Assembly: GCF_009914755.1 (NCBI RefSeq) | Contig: NC_060925.1 | Reading direction: 5' to 3' (one strand) | Length of the DNA stretch: 64,000 bases | DNA from: the human T2T-CHM13v2.0 reference genome, Homo sapiens | In this document: one piece after another, positions 46,720 through 58,952 of the stretch | Layout of the letters: every line of letters starts with the position of its first letter | Numbering within the stretch: position 1 is the stretch's first letter | Notes under the pieces: generated by a model | What the model saw: the letters and a program-made list of their open reading frames with translations, nothing else | Told to the model about the DNA's origin: nothing | The model's database searches: none | Position numbers and translations under genes: made by a program

Positions 46720-49700
46720 CAGTAATTTAGTGTTTGTTGCCCCCAGAATTAATTTCATGTGTCCCCTCAGTCAGTTGCCATATCTAAGCCAATTCAGCGA
46801 TCCACAGCCCCTTGGCTGAAAAGGAGATTGGGCCATTTTGAAGAAGAATACTACAATGCTGCAACAAAAAGATAGTATAAATCTTCCTATAACCCTTCTA
46901 CAAAGGATCTACATTCACTTACTAGACTGCTTGTACATAGGAAAAAGGGAAAAAACCCATAATTTTATGAAATTATGAGACACTGGCTCTGTAGTAGGTT
47001 GAACAATGTCCCCCCAAATTCATTTCCACTTGGAACCTCAGAATGTGATCTATATGGAAATAACATCTTTACAGATGTTATTATAAAGTAACAGTCAAAA
47101 TGAGGTCATACTGGATTAGCGGAGGACCCAAATCTATGAAAATACTCTTTTATGAGCTAGAGAGTAAGGGAAGAAGGCCATGTGTAGATGGAGGCAAAGT
47201 TTGGAGTTATACAGCCATAAGCCAAGGACTTCTAGGAGCTGCCAAGAGCTACCAGGAGCCAACAGAAGCTGGAAGGATCCTCCCCTACAGCATTTGGAGG
47301 GAGAGTAGCCCTGCCAACACCTTAATTTTAGACTTCTGGCCTCCAGAACTATGAGAGAATATATTTCTGTTGTTTAAAACCACCAAATTTGTGGTAATTT
47401 GTTATTGCAGCCCTAGGAAATTAATACAGGTTCTAACTTGATGCTGATCTCTGAGGACCCAGAAGCCCACCAGGGGGAATATGGAGGTCAGGTAAACAAA
47501 TGACATTTTGGCATAAGTCCATCCCACAGTGAGCCCCGTAGATCCATGGACCCATGTGTGGTTATTTTCCAAGTTCCTAAATGTATAATCGGAATAGACA
47601 TGCTAGGCAACTGACAGAATATCCACATTGGCTTCCTGACCCATGGAGGTGGGGCTATCATAGTAGGAACAGCAAGTAGAGCATCTTGGAGCATTCTCTC
47701 CTAATCAGAATAGTAAATGAAAACCAATACTGCACCCCGGGGGCAACTGTCAATTTTATTGATACCATCCAAAACCGGAAAGATCCCAAGGCAGTGATCA
47801 CTATCACATCCCCATTTAACGCACCTGTTTGGATTGTGCAAGAGGTAGATACATTTTAGAGAATGACTATAGATTATTATAAATTAATTGGCTTTTTGTT
47901 TTGCAGCTGTTTTTCCCAATTTGGTATATATATTGGGGCAAATCATCTCAGACCTTGGCTCCCAATATGCAGCTATTGATCTCGTGAGTGCTTTTTTCTC
48001 CAAATCAATTTAAAAGACCCACCAGCAAAGGTTTGTTTCCAATTGGCAAAGATTTGCCTCAAGGTTATATCAACACTTTTGCTTTCTGCAATCATCTAGG
48101 CTGAAGATACCTTAGTCATCTTACCACTCCATGTAACATTATGATGCTCCATTAATTGATAATTTGCTAATTAGGCCTGAGCAGCAGGAGATAGCAAGCA
48201 CCAAAGACATTAGCTAAACACATGCATGCTATAGAGTAGCATGATATAAACCTCATGAAAATGCATCTTTTTATGGATCTTAGAGGTAATATGCACCTAA
48301 TTTTGGTGGGTTACTACAAGCTGTTTACTGAATAACCCAAAGGCTGCCAGTTTTGAATGGGGCTCAAAAGAAGAGAAGGTTCTACAGCAATTTGTGGTCA
48401 TATGACCTGGCAGATCCAGTGGTACTCAAAGTATCTGTGGCAAATAGGGACACTTTTGGCAACTTCCAACAAGAGAGTCACAGTGCAGACTGCTAGGATT
48501 TGTGGGCAAAGCTGTGTTCTCTTCTTAAGATGACAATTCTCATCCCATGAAACAATTCCTCACTTGCTATTGCAGTTTGCTACAGGCAACAAGTGACAAT
48601 GTAAACCAAGATGCTTATCACAAACTTGGTGGTATCTGGTCCAGCAGGTTCTAAGTTGGGAGTATACTCAGCACCAATCTATCACTACATGAAAATAATA
48701 ATGAGATAGGACTCAAGAAGATCCTAAAAACACAAGTAAGTTGCATGAGCAGTGCCTTAGACTCATGTAGCACCTAGTCCTGTGGCATTGCCTCCTGTTT
48801 CTCAGTACAAACCTTATGGTGTCATGGGGAGTTTCTTTTAATCAGCTGACTGAGGGAGAAAAACTCATATTTAGTTTACAAATGGTTCCAGAAGTAGGCT
48901 GCTTCAGCATTACAGCCCAAATCAGGTGCATGTAAGAGAGTAGTAAAGAGAAATTCTTCCAATAGGCAAAACTGAGAGAAGTACATTTGGTTACCCACCC
49001 TGTCAGGACTGCAAATAGGCAGTCATTCATAGACAGTGGATGGGTGGTCAGAGAATTGGAAAGAACAGGATTGGAAGATTGGTGATTGGAGAACAGGAAA
49101 ATGGCATAAGGATAGACATCTTAAAGCGGGCATGGGGTATGAGGATATTTGTTTCCCTTGTGTATGCTCACTGCAGAGAAGGCCATCAAAAAATCAAAGT
49201 GATAGGTGGAAGTATTCTGTGGCTCTCAGACGCTCCAGTCCTTACTCGATGGGTCCATGCCCTAAGTAGTTGTGGGCTCAACTATACCAACTTCTCACCA
49301 AGGTCGATATGGCTACTGCCATTGTTAAGTGCCTCATTTGCCAACAGCAGGGACCAACGCGGAGTTCCTGGGGGGACCCAGCAGCCACCTGGTAATGGGT
49401 TTATTACATTCAACTTTATCCGTTATAGGAGAGGCAAAAGAAGAATAGGGAAGATCAATGAAACCAAAGTAAAAGAAATTGCTGCACTTTGCATTCTCTA
49501 CCAAAAGGAAGAAAACACAGCTCCTGGTCTGCCCACTTTGGGTTTTGGAAGCAACACATTTCACACCTAGAAATGTTGCTCCAGCCAATATTCAAGGTGA
49601 CACCAAAGGTTTCCAGTTTTTGAGTAGAGCCCAGAGCAGAAAGACTCGCAGCAAGTCCAGGCTTTGCTGCAATCAACCCTGCCACCTGGGCCACATAATC

Positions 49701-50465
49701 TATCAGATCTTATGTTATTGGAAGTATCATAGGTAAGGAAACATGCAGTAAGAAGTTCATGGCAAGCTCCAGAAAGAATCACCCCAGTGCAGACCTCTGA
49801 GATTCTGGAGTAAGTTCACGCCATCTACATCAGAAACAATGTGCCCTTTGAAAAACAGCTCTTGGTGTGTTACTAGCAGGGATAGAGCACCTAATCATGA
49901 AACACCAAGTGACTATGATTCTGGAACTGTTAACTATGAGCTGGGTTTGTCACATACACCAAGTCATAAAGTCAGATAGTCCCAGCAAAGCAGCATAAGT
50001 TAACAGTGGTACAATCAGGATTGAGCCCAGGCAGGACCTGAGGGTATGAGACAGCTGCATGACCAGGTAGCCTAGAGCCCCATGTCACCCACGATAGTTG
50101 CACTGAGTTGTAGTTGTGATCATATAGATCCCACTGGACCAGCTGAAAGACCTGCCTAAGTTTAGCTTATAAACTGGTGAGTTTTATTTGTGGGTGTTTT
50201 AAGGGGTGGCCTTGAAAGACAGTTGAAAAGGGAAAATCTTCCCAATGGGTGGTCCAGAGAGCAGTATACCTGGCATCCAGTGTATGTGGAAGAAGGCATT
50301 CCAGGTAAGAATACATACAGGTTCCCAGAGAGTGGATCTGATCAGGGGCTTAGAAGAAGAAAAAAGACAAAATGACTGAAGACCAGGAGGTCTGGGGTGA
50401 GGGCATGTGGCTGGATGTAGACATGGGCACATGCATAAGGATTTTTGTATCACACATTAATACCT
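46720..50465 (+). mobile_element. Decayed ERVL-class internal region (gag-pro-pol; HERV16/ERV3-16A3/ERVL-E-like)
   Basis: Degenerate motifs: protease DTG(S) at ~46980; RT SPFNAPVW and RMTIDYYKL at ~47810-47885; YAAIDL ~47966; LPQGY ~48055; RNase H IFVSLVYAH ~49146; integrase CLICQQQ ~49330; many stops and frameshifts. Confidence 0.88.
46990..47428 (+). mobile_element. MLT1C-like solo LTR inserted in the ERVL protease gene
   Basis: TG...CA termini; 5-bp TSD ggctc/ggttc. Confidence 0.88.
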
Positions 50466-50990
50466 GCACTTTCATGGCCCTAATAGTGAGTGCCTATCAA
50501 TTTTGCACCCTAGGCACCTCCCCTGATTCACCCTATTCCTAATCTTGCAAAAGAATTTTCACCAAACTCTATTGTCTATACATGCCCAGATTCAAGTAAA
50601 GGGACATAGATCCAACCTCTCAACAGGTAGAATATCAAAGAGTTTAAAATGATCACATAAACACCATGCTTAACATAGACGCTTGGTGGCCAATGTCAAT
50701 ATTTTTCTGGAAATGACATACAAAGAGGCTTCCATTCTATCTCAAAGTGAACAAATGGGCCATGAATGAAAGCATGCTATTCTCCAAACAGAAAAATTTG
50801 TGGCGGCTCAAACCCAAGTCATAGTAAAGTCTCCCCCAACTACCACTTTAACTTAGACTAATATTAGATGAATTTGTAGGATTATAGAAAGCATAATTCT
50901 CTGCAGTTTCATGGGTTACTATTTAGATTTAAATTTCGTAAATGGAGTCAACAATCAGCTGAAAGCATTACTGACTATAAAAGTATTTCA

Positions 50991-51290
50991 GGTCAGGTAC
51001 GGTGGTTCACACCTGTAATCCCAGCACTTTGAGAGGCTGAGGTGGGCAGATCACTTGAGGTCAGGAGTTCGAGACCAGCCTGGCCAACATGGTAAAACCC
51101 TGCCTCTACTAAAAATACAAAAAAGTAGCCGACATGTTGATAGGCAGCTGTAATCCCAGCTACTCAGGAAGGTGAGGCAGGTGAATCGCTTGAACCCAGG
51201 AGGCGGAGGTTGCAGTCAGCCGAGATCGCGCCACTGCACTCCAGCCTGGGTGACAGAATGAGACTCCATCTCAAAAATAAATAAATAAAT
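50991..51290 (+). mobile_element. AluS
   Basis: Full dimer; TSD aagtatttca. Confidence 0.92.
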
Positions 51291-51399
51291 AAGTATTTCA
51301 GTGTACCCATTTGGAGAATTTCATAGCTGCTATTCTTGATAAGATCAACATTAGATCATCCTGAGTTTGACATTTATGATAAAAACCCTCAAAATGTAC

Positions 51400-51697
51400 T
51401 TTTTTGTTTTTGTTTTTGAGACAGGGTTTCACTATGTCGCCCAGGCTGGAGTGCAGTGGTGCAATCACAGCTCACTGCAGCTTGAACTCCTGGGCTCAGG
51501 TGATCTACCTCAGCTTCCAGGGTAGCTGGGACTACAGGTGTGTGCCACCACACCCAATTAATTTTTTATATTTTTTTTTGTAGAGATTGGGTTTTGTCAT
51601 ATTGTTCGGGCTGGTCTTGAACTCCTGAGCTCAAGCAATCCGCCCGCCTTGGCCTCCCAAAATTTGGGATTACAGGTGTTAGCTACTGTGCCTAGCC
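51400..51697 (-). mobile_element. AluJ-type
   Basis: Full dimer. Confidence 0.9.
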
Positions 51698-51780
51698 TGT
51701 GCTTCTTGATTTAATAAAATTTGGCATTTGTGATCATGAAGTGATCATGTAAGACTTATCTCTACTGCTTCCTTCCATGT

Positions 51781-52145
51781 TGATGTGGTTTGACTGTGTC
51801 CCCACCTAAATCTCAACTTGAATCGTATCTCCCAGAATTCCCATGCGTTGTGGGAGGGACCCAGGGGGAGGTAATTGAATCATGGAGGCTGGTCTTTCCT
51901 GTGCTATTCTCGTGATAATGAATAAGTCCCACGAGATCTGATGGGTTTATCAAGAGTTTCCGCTTTTGCTTCTTCCTCGTTTTCTCTTGCCACTGCCATG
52001 TAAGAAGTGCCTTTCACCACCCCCACACCCTGCCATGACTCTGAGGCCTCCCCAGCCACGTGGAACTGTAAGTCCAATCAAATAAACCTTTTTCTTCCCA
52101 GTCTCAGGTATGTCTTTATCAGCAGTATGAAAACGGACTAATACA
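51781..52145 (+). mobile_element. THE1A 5' LTR (MaLR)
   Basis: tgatgtggtttgactgtgtcccc...tctcaacttgaatcgtatctcccagaattccc...aaaacggactaataca. Confidence 0.92.
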
Positions 52146-52637
52146 GTAAATTGGTACCAGTAGAGTGGGGCGTTGCTGAAAAGATACCCCAAAAAGTGAA
52201 AGCAACTTTGGAACTGGGCAACAGGCAAAGGTTGGAACAGTTTGGAGGGCTCAGAAGAAGACGGGAAAATGTGGGAAAGTTTGGAACCTCCTAGAGACTT
52301 GGTGAATGACTGATAAAAATGCTGATAGTGATATGGACAATAAGGTCCAGGCTGAGGTGGTCTCAGATGGAGATGAGGAACTTATTGGGAACTGGAGCAA
52401 AGCACTTGTTATGTTTTAGCAAATAGACTGGCAGCATTTTTGCCCCTGCCCTAGAGATTTGTGGAACTTTGAACTTAAGAGAGACAATTTCAGGTATCTG
52501 GTGGAAGAAATTTCTAAGCAGCAAAGCATTCAAGAGGTGACTTGGGTGCTGTTAAAAGCATTCCATTTTAAAAGGGAAACAGAGCATAAAAGTTCAGAAA
52601 ATTTGCAGCCTGACAATGCAGTGGAAAAGAAAAACCC
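52146..52637 (+). mobile_element. THE1A internal sequence, 5' ~490 bp only
   Basis: gtaaattggtaccagtagagtggggcgttgctg directly follows the LTR; stops at an Alu. Confidence 0.9.
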
Positions 52638-52932
52638 GGCCGGGCACGGTGGTTCATGCCTGTAATCCCAGCACTTTGGGAGGCCGAGGTGGGCGGATCA
52701 CGAGGTCAGGAGCTCGAGACCAGCCTGACCAACATGGTGAAACCCCGTCTCTACTAAAAATACAAAAATTAGCTGGGCGTGGTGGTGTGTGCCTGTAATC
52801 CCAGCTACTCAGGAGGCTGAGGCAGGAGAATCACTTGAAACTGGGAGGCGGAGGTTGCAGTGAGCCAAGATCACGACACTGCACTCCAGCCTGGGTGACA
52901 GAGCCAGACTCCATTTAAAAAAAAAAAAAAAA
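52638..52932 (+). mobile_element. AluS, no TSD
   Basis: Full dimer; flanks are not duplicated. Confidence 0.92.
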
Positions 52933-52974
52933 GAATGACTGAAACTATAGCCACCTCAGGAAAGCAAAATAATA

Positions 52975-53170
52975 GTAATAATAGCTAACATTGATTTAGT
53001 GGTTACTATGTGCCAGGCAGTTTGCTAAGCATCTTCCATGCTTTGTCTCCTTTAACCTTCATAATAACCATATGAGAAGATACATTAGTATTATTACAGA
53101 GGAAAAAAGTGAGGCTTAGAGAGGGTAAGTTGACAAGAATTAGTAAGTGGCAGAAATGGAATCAAAATGC
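52975..53170 (-). mobile_element. MIR
   Basis: tactatgtgccaggcagtttgctaagc...ttacagaggaaaaaagtgaggcttagagagg. Confidence 0.7.
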
Positions 53171-54744
53171 TATTTTGTCTCCCCAAGATATGAGCTGAGG
53201 GAGCAAAACAAAATAAGAATGTAAGGGCATCCAGGGTGGAGGTGAAAGGGATCAAGAGAATGAGGGTGAGGCACAGAGATAAAGTAGGTGATATCGAGGA
53301 GTTCAGAAAATGAAGCCCACAAGCACTCGATATAAGAACTGTGTATCTCTTCAGAGCAAGGGCAGTTCCTGGGAGGCACTGTGCCAGCCAGGAGGTAGTT
53401 AGAATCTACAGGAATGTGAGGTCATAGAACCAGGATCATACAAAGTCTAGAGTGCACAGGGCATTACCCTACTGTTTAGCTGTTCCTCCTAGGGTGTCTC
53501 AAAAAGAGCAGATACACTAGAAGTTATATTTAGAGATACCTGGCATTTGGATTTTTAGCTGTACCTCAGAGTTCCAAAGAAATAAAGATATGTCTCTTCT
53601 CTGGCCCAGCAATTACTGAAATGGTTTTATTTTATAGATCTACATAGTTCACATACATTAGAAATGACTTTGTATAACCTACACCTTTACTGGCTAAGTT
53701 AGCAGAGAGAACATTCAGCCCACTAAATGTTCAGCAGTATTTACTTAGTTTACAAGCTGTTGCAACTTTGCCCTCCAACAAATTATGTTAGTACTAACCT
53801 AACAGCTTATAAAATAATACTTCTATAGTTAGTAACTTACATAGTAATCAAACTCCTTTTAGAAGTGTATAGTTTTTGGCAAATTAAATTATGTTTAAAT
53901 ATCTGCTGAATTCAACTTGTTCTAGGAATACCAAAGAACGCCACGCTTACATTTTTTAAAGGTTTTATATGGTAAGTCATCTTAGGGTAGGGAAAATCTG
54001 AATTGGCCTTTCTATTTTCAGTCCTACGGTGGGGCTTGAGTCACTGCATTCCAGGCTCAGTGAATTAGTGATAATAGAAAAGGGCACAAAAAGGCTATCA
54101 GGAACCAGGGTTATCTGGTATATTTGCTCTGCTCTTCCCTGGCACCTCTCAGTTGCTCCTGCCTGAGCATGCTCCTCTTTTCCATCTGTGTTGTTTTTTA
54201 CCCCAGCATACTGTTGGAAGGGTTGCTCGAAGGCATTTGACTGAAGGGTACTTGGAAAGACCAAACCCAAACCACAGTAGTGACCAGATACTTAGTGGCA
54301 GCCCCAGCTGCAGGTATGGCAAGAAGTGGCCAAGGAGGGGAATCACCATGACCACAGAGGATGCAGTGGGCATTAGGGACCTGGCATTTGCTGTCAGAAC
54401 AATCCAGTCAGGGTAACAGGTGGTGTTGCAGGAGATGGGTGGAGCACACAGCAGGGATTTGGGGAACAGGAGATCCATGGAGATCTACACATGCTGACAG
54501 CTCTCAGCATCGGGTTATCTGGCAGCTCAGAGCAGTTGCTTTGCCTGGAGTGGTTGGGTACTCAGCCTGGCTGAGGCTTGTCTGGGAGAACTTTCTCTGT
54601 CATTGTTCATCTTGATCTGTGAGAAGCTGTAGGTGCCCCTAAGGCTCAGTGGGAAGATAAAACCCCAACAAGTTGGTCTGGAAAATCGAAGACCAGCAAG
54701 TGGGTATGGTCATAATAATTTTAATTTTATTTTTTTTTTAATTA

Positions 54745-55093
<349 letters not shown>

Positions 55094-56383
55094 TCAGCAG
55101 GAGGACCAGCCATCCACTTTGGCTATGGCAGCAAGGCTTTCTGGTCAGTCTGGAAATCAGTAGGTATGGAGATTGGCTTGCAAGTACTCATCAGAGCTCC
55201 TATTTTCTTTTCAGGAGGCAGCTGTATGGAGGCCAATATGCAGACAAGGGAAGTAACTCAGGCATTTTGGGGGAGAGGTACAGAAAGAAGAGAAAAGACT
55301 GAACTGACTGCTGTTCTGAACAAGAACTGTGACTATATGTGGTACTCCCAGAATGGTGAGGTCTGGGACACTTGAATAATATGGCTATACTGTGAATGAT
55401 GTTACCTAGACAGAATGTTTATCCCAGTTAAGTGATAGGTAGGGAACTAAGGTATCGAGGGTCTCAGGTATAACGTCCTGAGGGGTCCCATGAAAGCAAA
55501 GATAACAGGTGTATCTTTTATGCCTCTTAGAGCTGTACGAATGCTGTAACTCAGGGATCTATAAAGCCCTAAGTCAAGCAGAGGCACAGGTGGAAAAAGG
55601 GGCAAATTTGATAACCCAGAGAAGAAAGCCTGGTGATCAAAGCAAGGAGACAAACCTGAGGCTGCCATCAGGTGCTGAATATGAAGTGAGGCTGTCAAGG
55701 GACACAAGGTATTCAGTAGCGGATGGGGTGTGCACAGAGAGGAAGGCTGGACAAATATCTGAATCAGGGCCATGGCCCAGGGCTGATATTTTCTGAAATG
55801 CCTAAGGCATGATATGTGAGCAGGCCACTATAGTTAGAGTGACACAGACAGAGTGACAGAATAGAACAAACAGCAGAATCAGTTTAGTGTTGAGTGTGTT
55901 CATCTGGTTAGACTAATTTCCTAGTCACAAAGATAAAACTGAGAACATGTTTTTTTCCTCTAGCCAAGTGGTCCTTTACAGGCAGATTAAAGACACCAGC
56001 TATAGATAAACATGAAAGCAGCTTTACTGCTACTTCCCTTCGTTTTCAGTTCTGGTGGGCAAGTAAGGAGTCTCCCGCTCCAAGAGAGAGTAAAGGTTTA
56101 GAGCTACTCCCAGCAGGGTTCAGGGCATGCTTATGGCAGAGAGGAGACTTGCCTTCCCAGCCTCCTGCAGGCCCTAGGATGCCCTGGGTCTAGCCAGAGA
56201 AGGACAACAGTGAGTCAGCAAGTTAGAATGGGTTTAACAGTAACAGCCGGGTGGAGTTCACGTTCTGTTTCCTCAGGCTTCCACAAAGAAAACCAGAGAT
56301 CTCTTATGTAGGACTAACCAAGTATAATCTTGTCTTACTGAGTATAGCCAAGTATTCACAGTTTGGGTCACTGTGAATGGAAT

Positions 56384-57038
56384 TGTTAACAGTGGAGAAT
56401 TCGTACGGGTCGGCAGCAACCTCAATCGGGGCATAAGGCAGAGGGAGAGACCCAGGCAAGTTTTAGAGCAGGAGTGAAAGTTTATTAAAAAGCTTTAGAG
56501 CAGGATTGGAAGGAAAGGACACTTAGAAGAGGTCCAAGTGGGCGACTTGAAGGACAAGTGTGGTTTGACTTAGGGTTTTATATGTTGGCATACTTCTGGG
56601 GTCTTCTCCCCTGATTCTTTCGTTGAGGGTGGTTTGTCCATATGTGTAGTGACCTGCTAGCACTTGGGAGGTGAGCATGCGCAGTGTGTTTACTGGAGTT
56701 GTACTTATGCTCACTTGAAACATTCTTCCCTTTACTGGTGACATGCCCCCAGAAGATCAAATACCAGTTAAACTCCGCCATTTTGCCTCTTGGTGCTCAT
56801 GTGTGAGTCCGCACGCCCAACTCCTGGGATCTTATCAGGAAGCTGATGATCACCAGTTTCAGGTTTCTTCTATCTATAGGGAGACTGCCTTTCCCTGGAG
56901 CTGGCTGCAACCAATTATTATTTTAGAGAGACAGTTAACAATGGCCTGACCATCACCCGATGGTCGCCTGACTTTCCCGGTGGGGTGTGGGGACCCTCTT
57001 CTGTCCTGTTTGTGTCTGACTAGCTACCTACTGTAACA
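56384..57038 (-). mobile_element. MER50-family ERV1 solo LTR
   Basis: Minus strand starts TGTTACAGTAGGTAGCTAGTCAGAC; TG...CA termini; approximate TSD gaat/ggat. Confidence 0.85.
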
Positions 57039-57185
57039 GGATGACCATATAATTTATCATTCAAACTACTAGACACTTTTGAGAGTGAAGGGGGGCACTA
57101 TTAGTTATGTTGGCAAAACAGGTGTGAATGTGGATGTCTCTGGATAATCAATATCTACAGCCATCCAACTCATATATGGTAACCC
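57039..57185. mobile_element. MER96-like hAT element
   Basis: ggatgaccatataatttatcattcaaac...gacacttttgagagtgaaggggg...catatatggtaaccc. Confidence 0.6.
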
Positions 57186-57253
57186 AGTCCTTTCCATTTT
57201 TTCTAAAAAGCTAGCCATGCTCTTAAATTAAAACACAGCATTTGAGTCTAAAG

Positions 57254-57431
57254 TCGGATTGCCAGTTAAAATACAAGATGCTCTGTTAAATTTGAATTTC
57301 AGATAAATGAATACTTGTAAGTATAACTATGTCCTAAATATTTCATAAGACATACTAAAAATTATCACGGTTTATTTGAAATTAAAATTTCACTGGGCAT
57401 TCTGTATTCTTATTTGCTGCTGACAACCCTA
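57254..57431. mobile_element. MER53 palindromic hAT MITE
   Basis: ggattgccagttaaaatacaagatgctctgttaaatttgaatttcagataaa...aaattttcactgggcattctgtatt...gacaacccta; left TSD gtctaaag. Confidence 0.8.
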
Positions 57432-57778
57432 GTCTAACTAGGGTTAGACTAGTTTAACTAGTCTAAAGTTAAACTACTGTGTTGTATTCAATTCTATCAT
57501 CCTGCTTATGATGTAAGTCTTTTAGGCTCCAAATGATTTAGGACATAGTCTGGTTAGCAAAAGGAGAAAATTGAGGCATCTGTTCCAATTGGACCAGTCA
57601 CCTGAGCCACTAAAATCAGCTTTCTTAAATGTCTCTGAACTAGGAATACGCTGGGACTAGGTCCCAGTGCTTGGGGTGAGCCAGGCCAGCAGGTGAGTGT
57701 CCTCAGTTGTGGGACAAGGAGCTTAGTAGATAAGCATCTTCTCCCTGCTCGATGTTCACCTTTGCTTGATCTCCTAGG

Positions 57779-57952
57779 CCAGTGGTTCTCACCCCTGGCT
57801 GCATATTAGAATTGCCTGGGGAGCTTGTAAACCCACTGATGTTTGAGCCCCACTCCAGACCAATTAAATCGGGATCTCCAGGGGCAGGCTGTGGCATCCA
57901 TGGGTTCCCAAAAGTTCCCAGGTGATTTTAAGGTTCTAATGAGAACCATTGT
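57779..57952. mobile_element. MER5A/MER5A1-like hAT element
   Basis: TIRs cagtggttctca...tgagaaccattg. Confidence 0.78.
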
Positions 57953-58917
57953 CCTATGCCCTCGCTCTGTTCCCAGTGGCATCAGTTCTTGTTTAATTCT
58001 TCTCCTTTAAATACCCTCTTTGTAGTATTGGACATTTTATAGCCCAGAAAATATGACTGGAGCACCTGTTCTGTGTTAAAATGGCGGCATGGATGGGATT
58101 TGCCCAGAAGGGTTCCTTGTCCTTCCATGACCTTGTCTTGTGCTGACTCCTGGCTCTCTCCAAGCCTCCCTTCTCCTCTCTCCTGCTTAAGCCTCTCTTC
58201 AGCTTTGGCTTTCCTTGTCTCCTCCTTCTCTGTTTATAACATGTCAATTTCCATTTTGCAGCTGGTTTCCTTTCAGACCCATCAAGTGGCCATCCTATTG
58301 GCTTGGACTGAAGACCCCCACTGGAGAACTGTCTCTGCAGCCTATACTGATGACACTGGCCACTGTCCAGGGCTCCACCCCAAGGAGTCCAAGCCCCAGA
58401 CATTTAGCCTTAGAGAGAATCCAGATTTTGCATTTCCAGTGCAGGGATTGATGGAGCCTTGTGTATCAAAGTGCCAATTTCTTTCTAACAAGCTAGGGAG
58501 GATACCGTTGACAGCAGCAGAAAGGGGTAGCAGTGGTTTGCTTTCCAAATGGTAATAAGAAGGGCCTGGCAGTGGCAACCTGTCCACGTATCATTAAAAA
58601 TGGACTCTCCTGCTTCGTTTGGAATTCAACCCAATGAACTTGAATAAACTCTGGACAATGACCAGCACAGAGCCCTAAGCAGGATACAGCAAGATTATTT
58701 GCTTTACTCATCCACTGAGTACCTACCATGTGCCAAATACTATGCTATATGCCGAGTATACACTGGCAAATAAAACAGATATGGTCCCTGGAGCCTATGA
58801 ATCTTACCCCATCTAGCCACAAATAATAAAAATAAGAAGAATCTGAAGGACAAGTGGGACAGAAATACTCAAGCAGAATGAGGGTGAGATTGAAGTCCCT
58901 GAACATACAGTGCCCTT

Positions 58918-58952
58918 TACACTTGATCTTAGCCAAAAGGCCGAGAAGAGAT
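58918..58952 (-). pseudogene. RNU2 (pseudogene fragment): 3'-truncated U2 snRNA retropseudogene (U2 nt 1-35)
   Basis: Reverse complement ATCTCTTCTCGGCCTTTTGGCTAAGATCAAGTGTA matches the U2 5' end at 34/35; direct repeats tacagtgc at 58906-58913 and 58953-58960. Confidence 0.92.

Noticed and set aside
49036-49782. 176-aa and neighbouring ORFs as a possible domesticated retroviral gene
   Set aside because: Short in-frame patches of heavily decayed ERVL pol; catalytic motifs broken by stops and frameshifts
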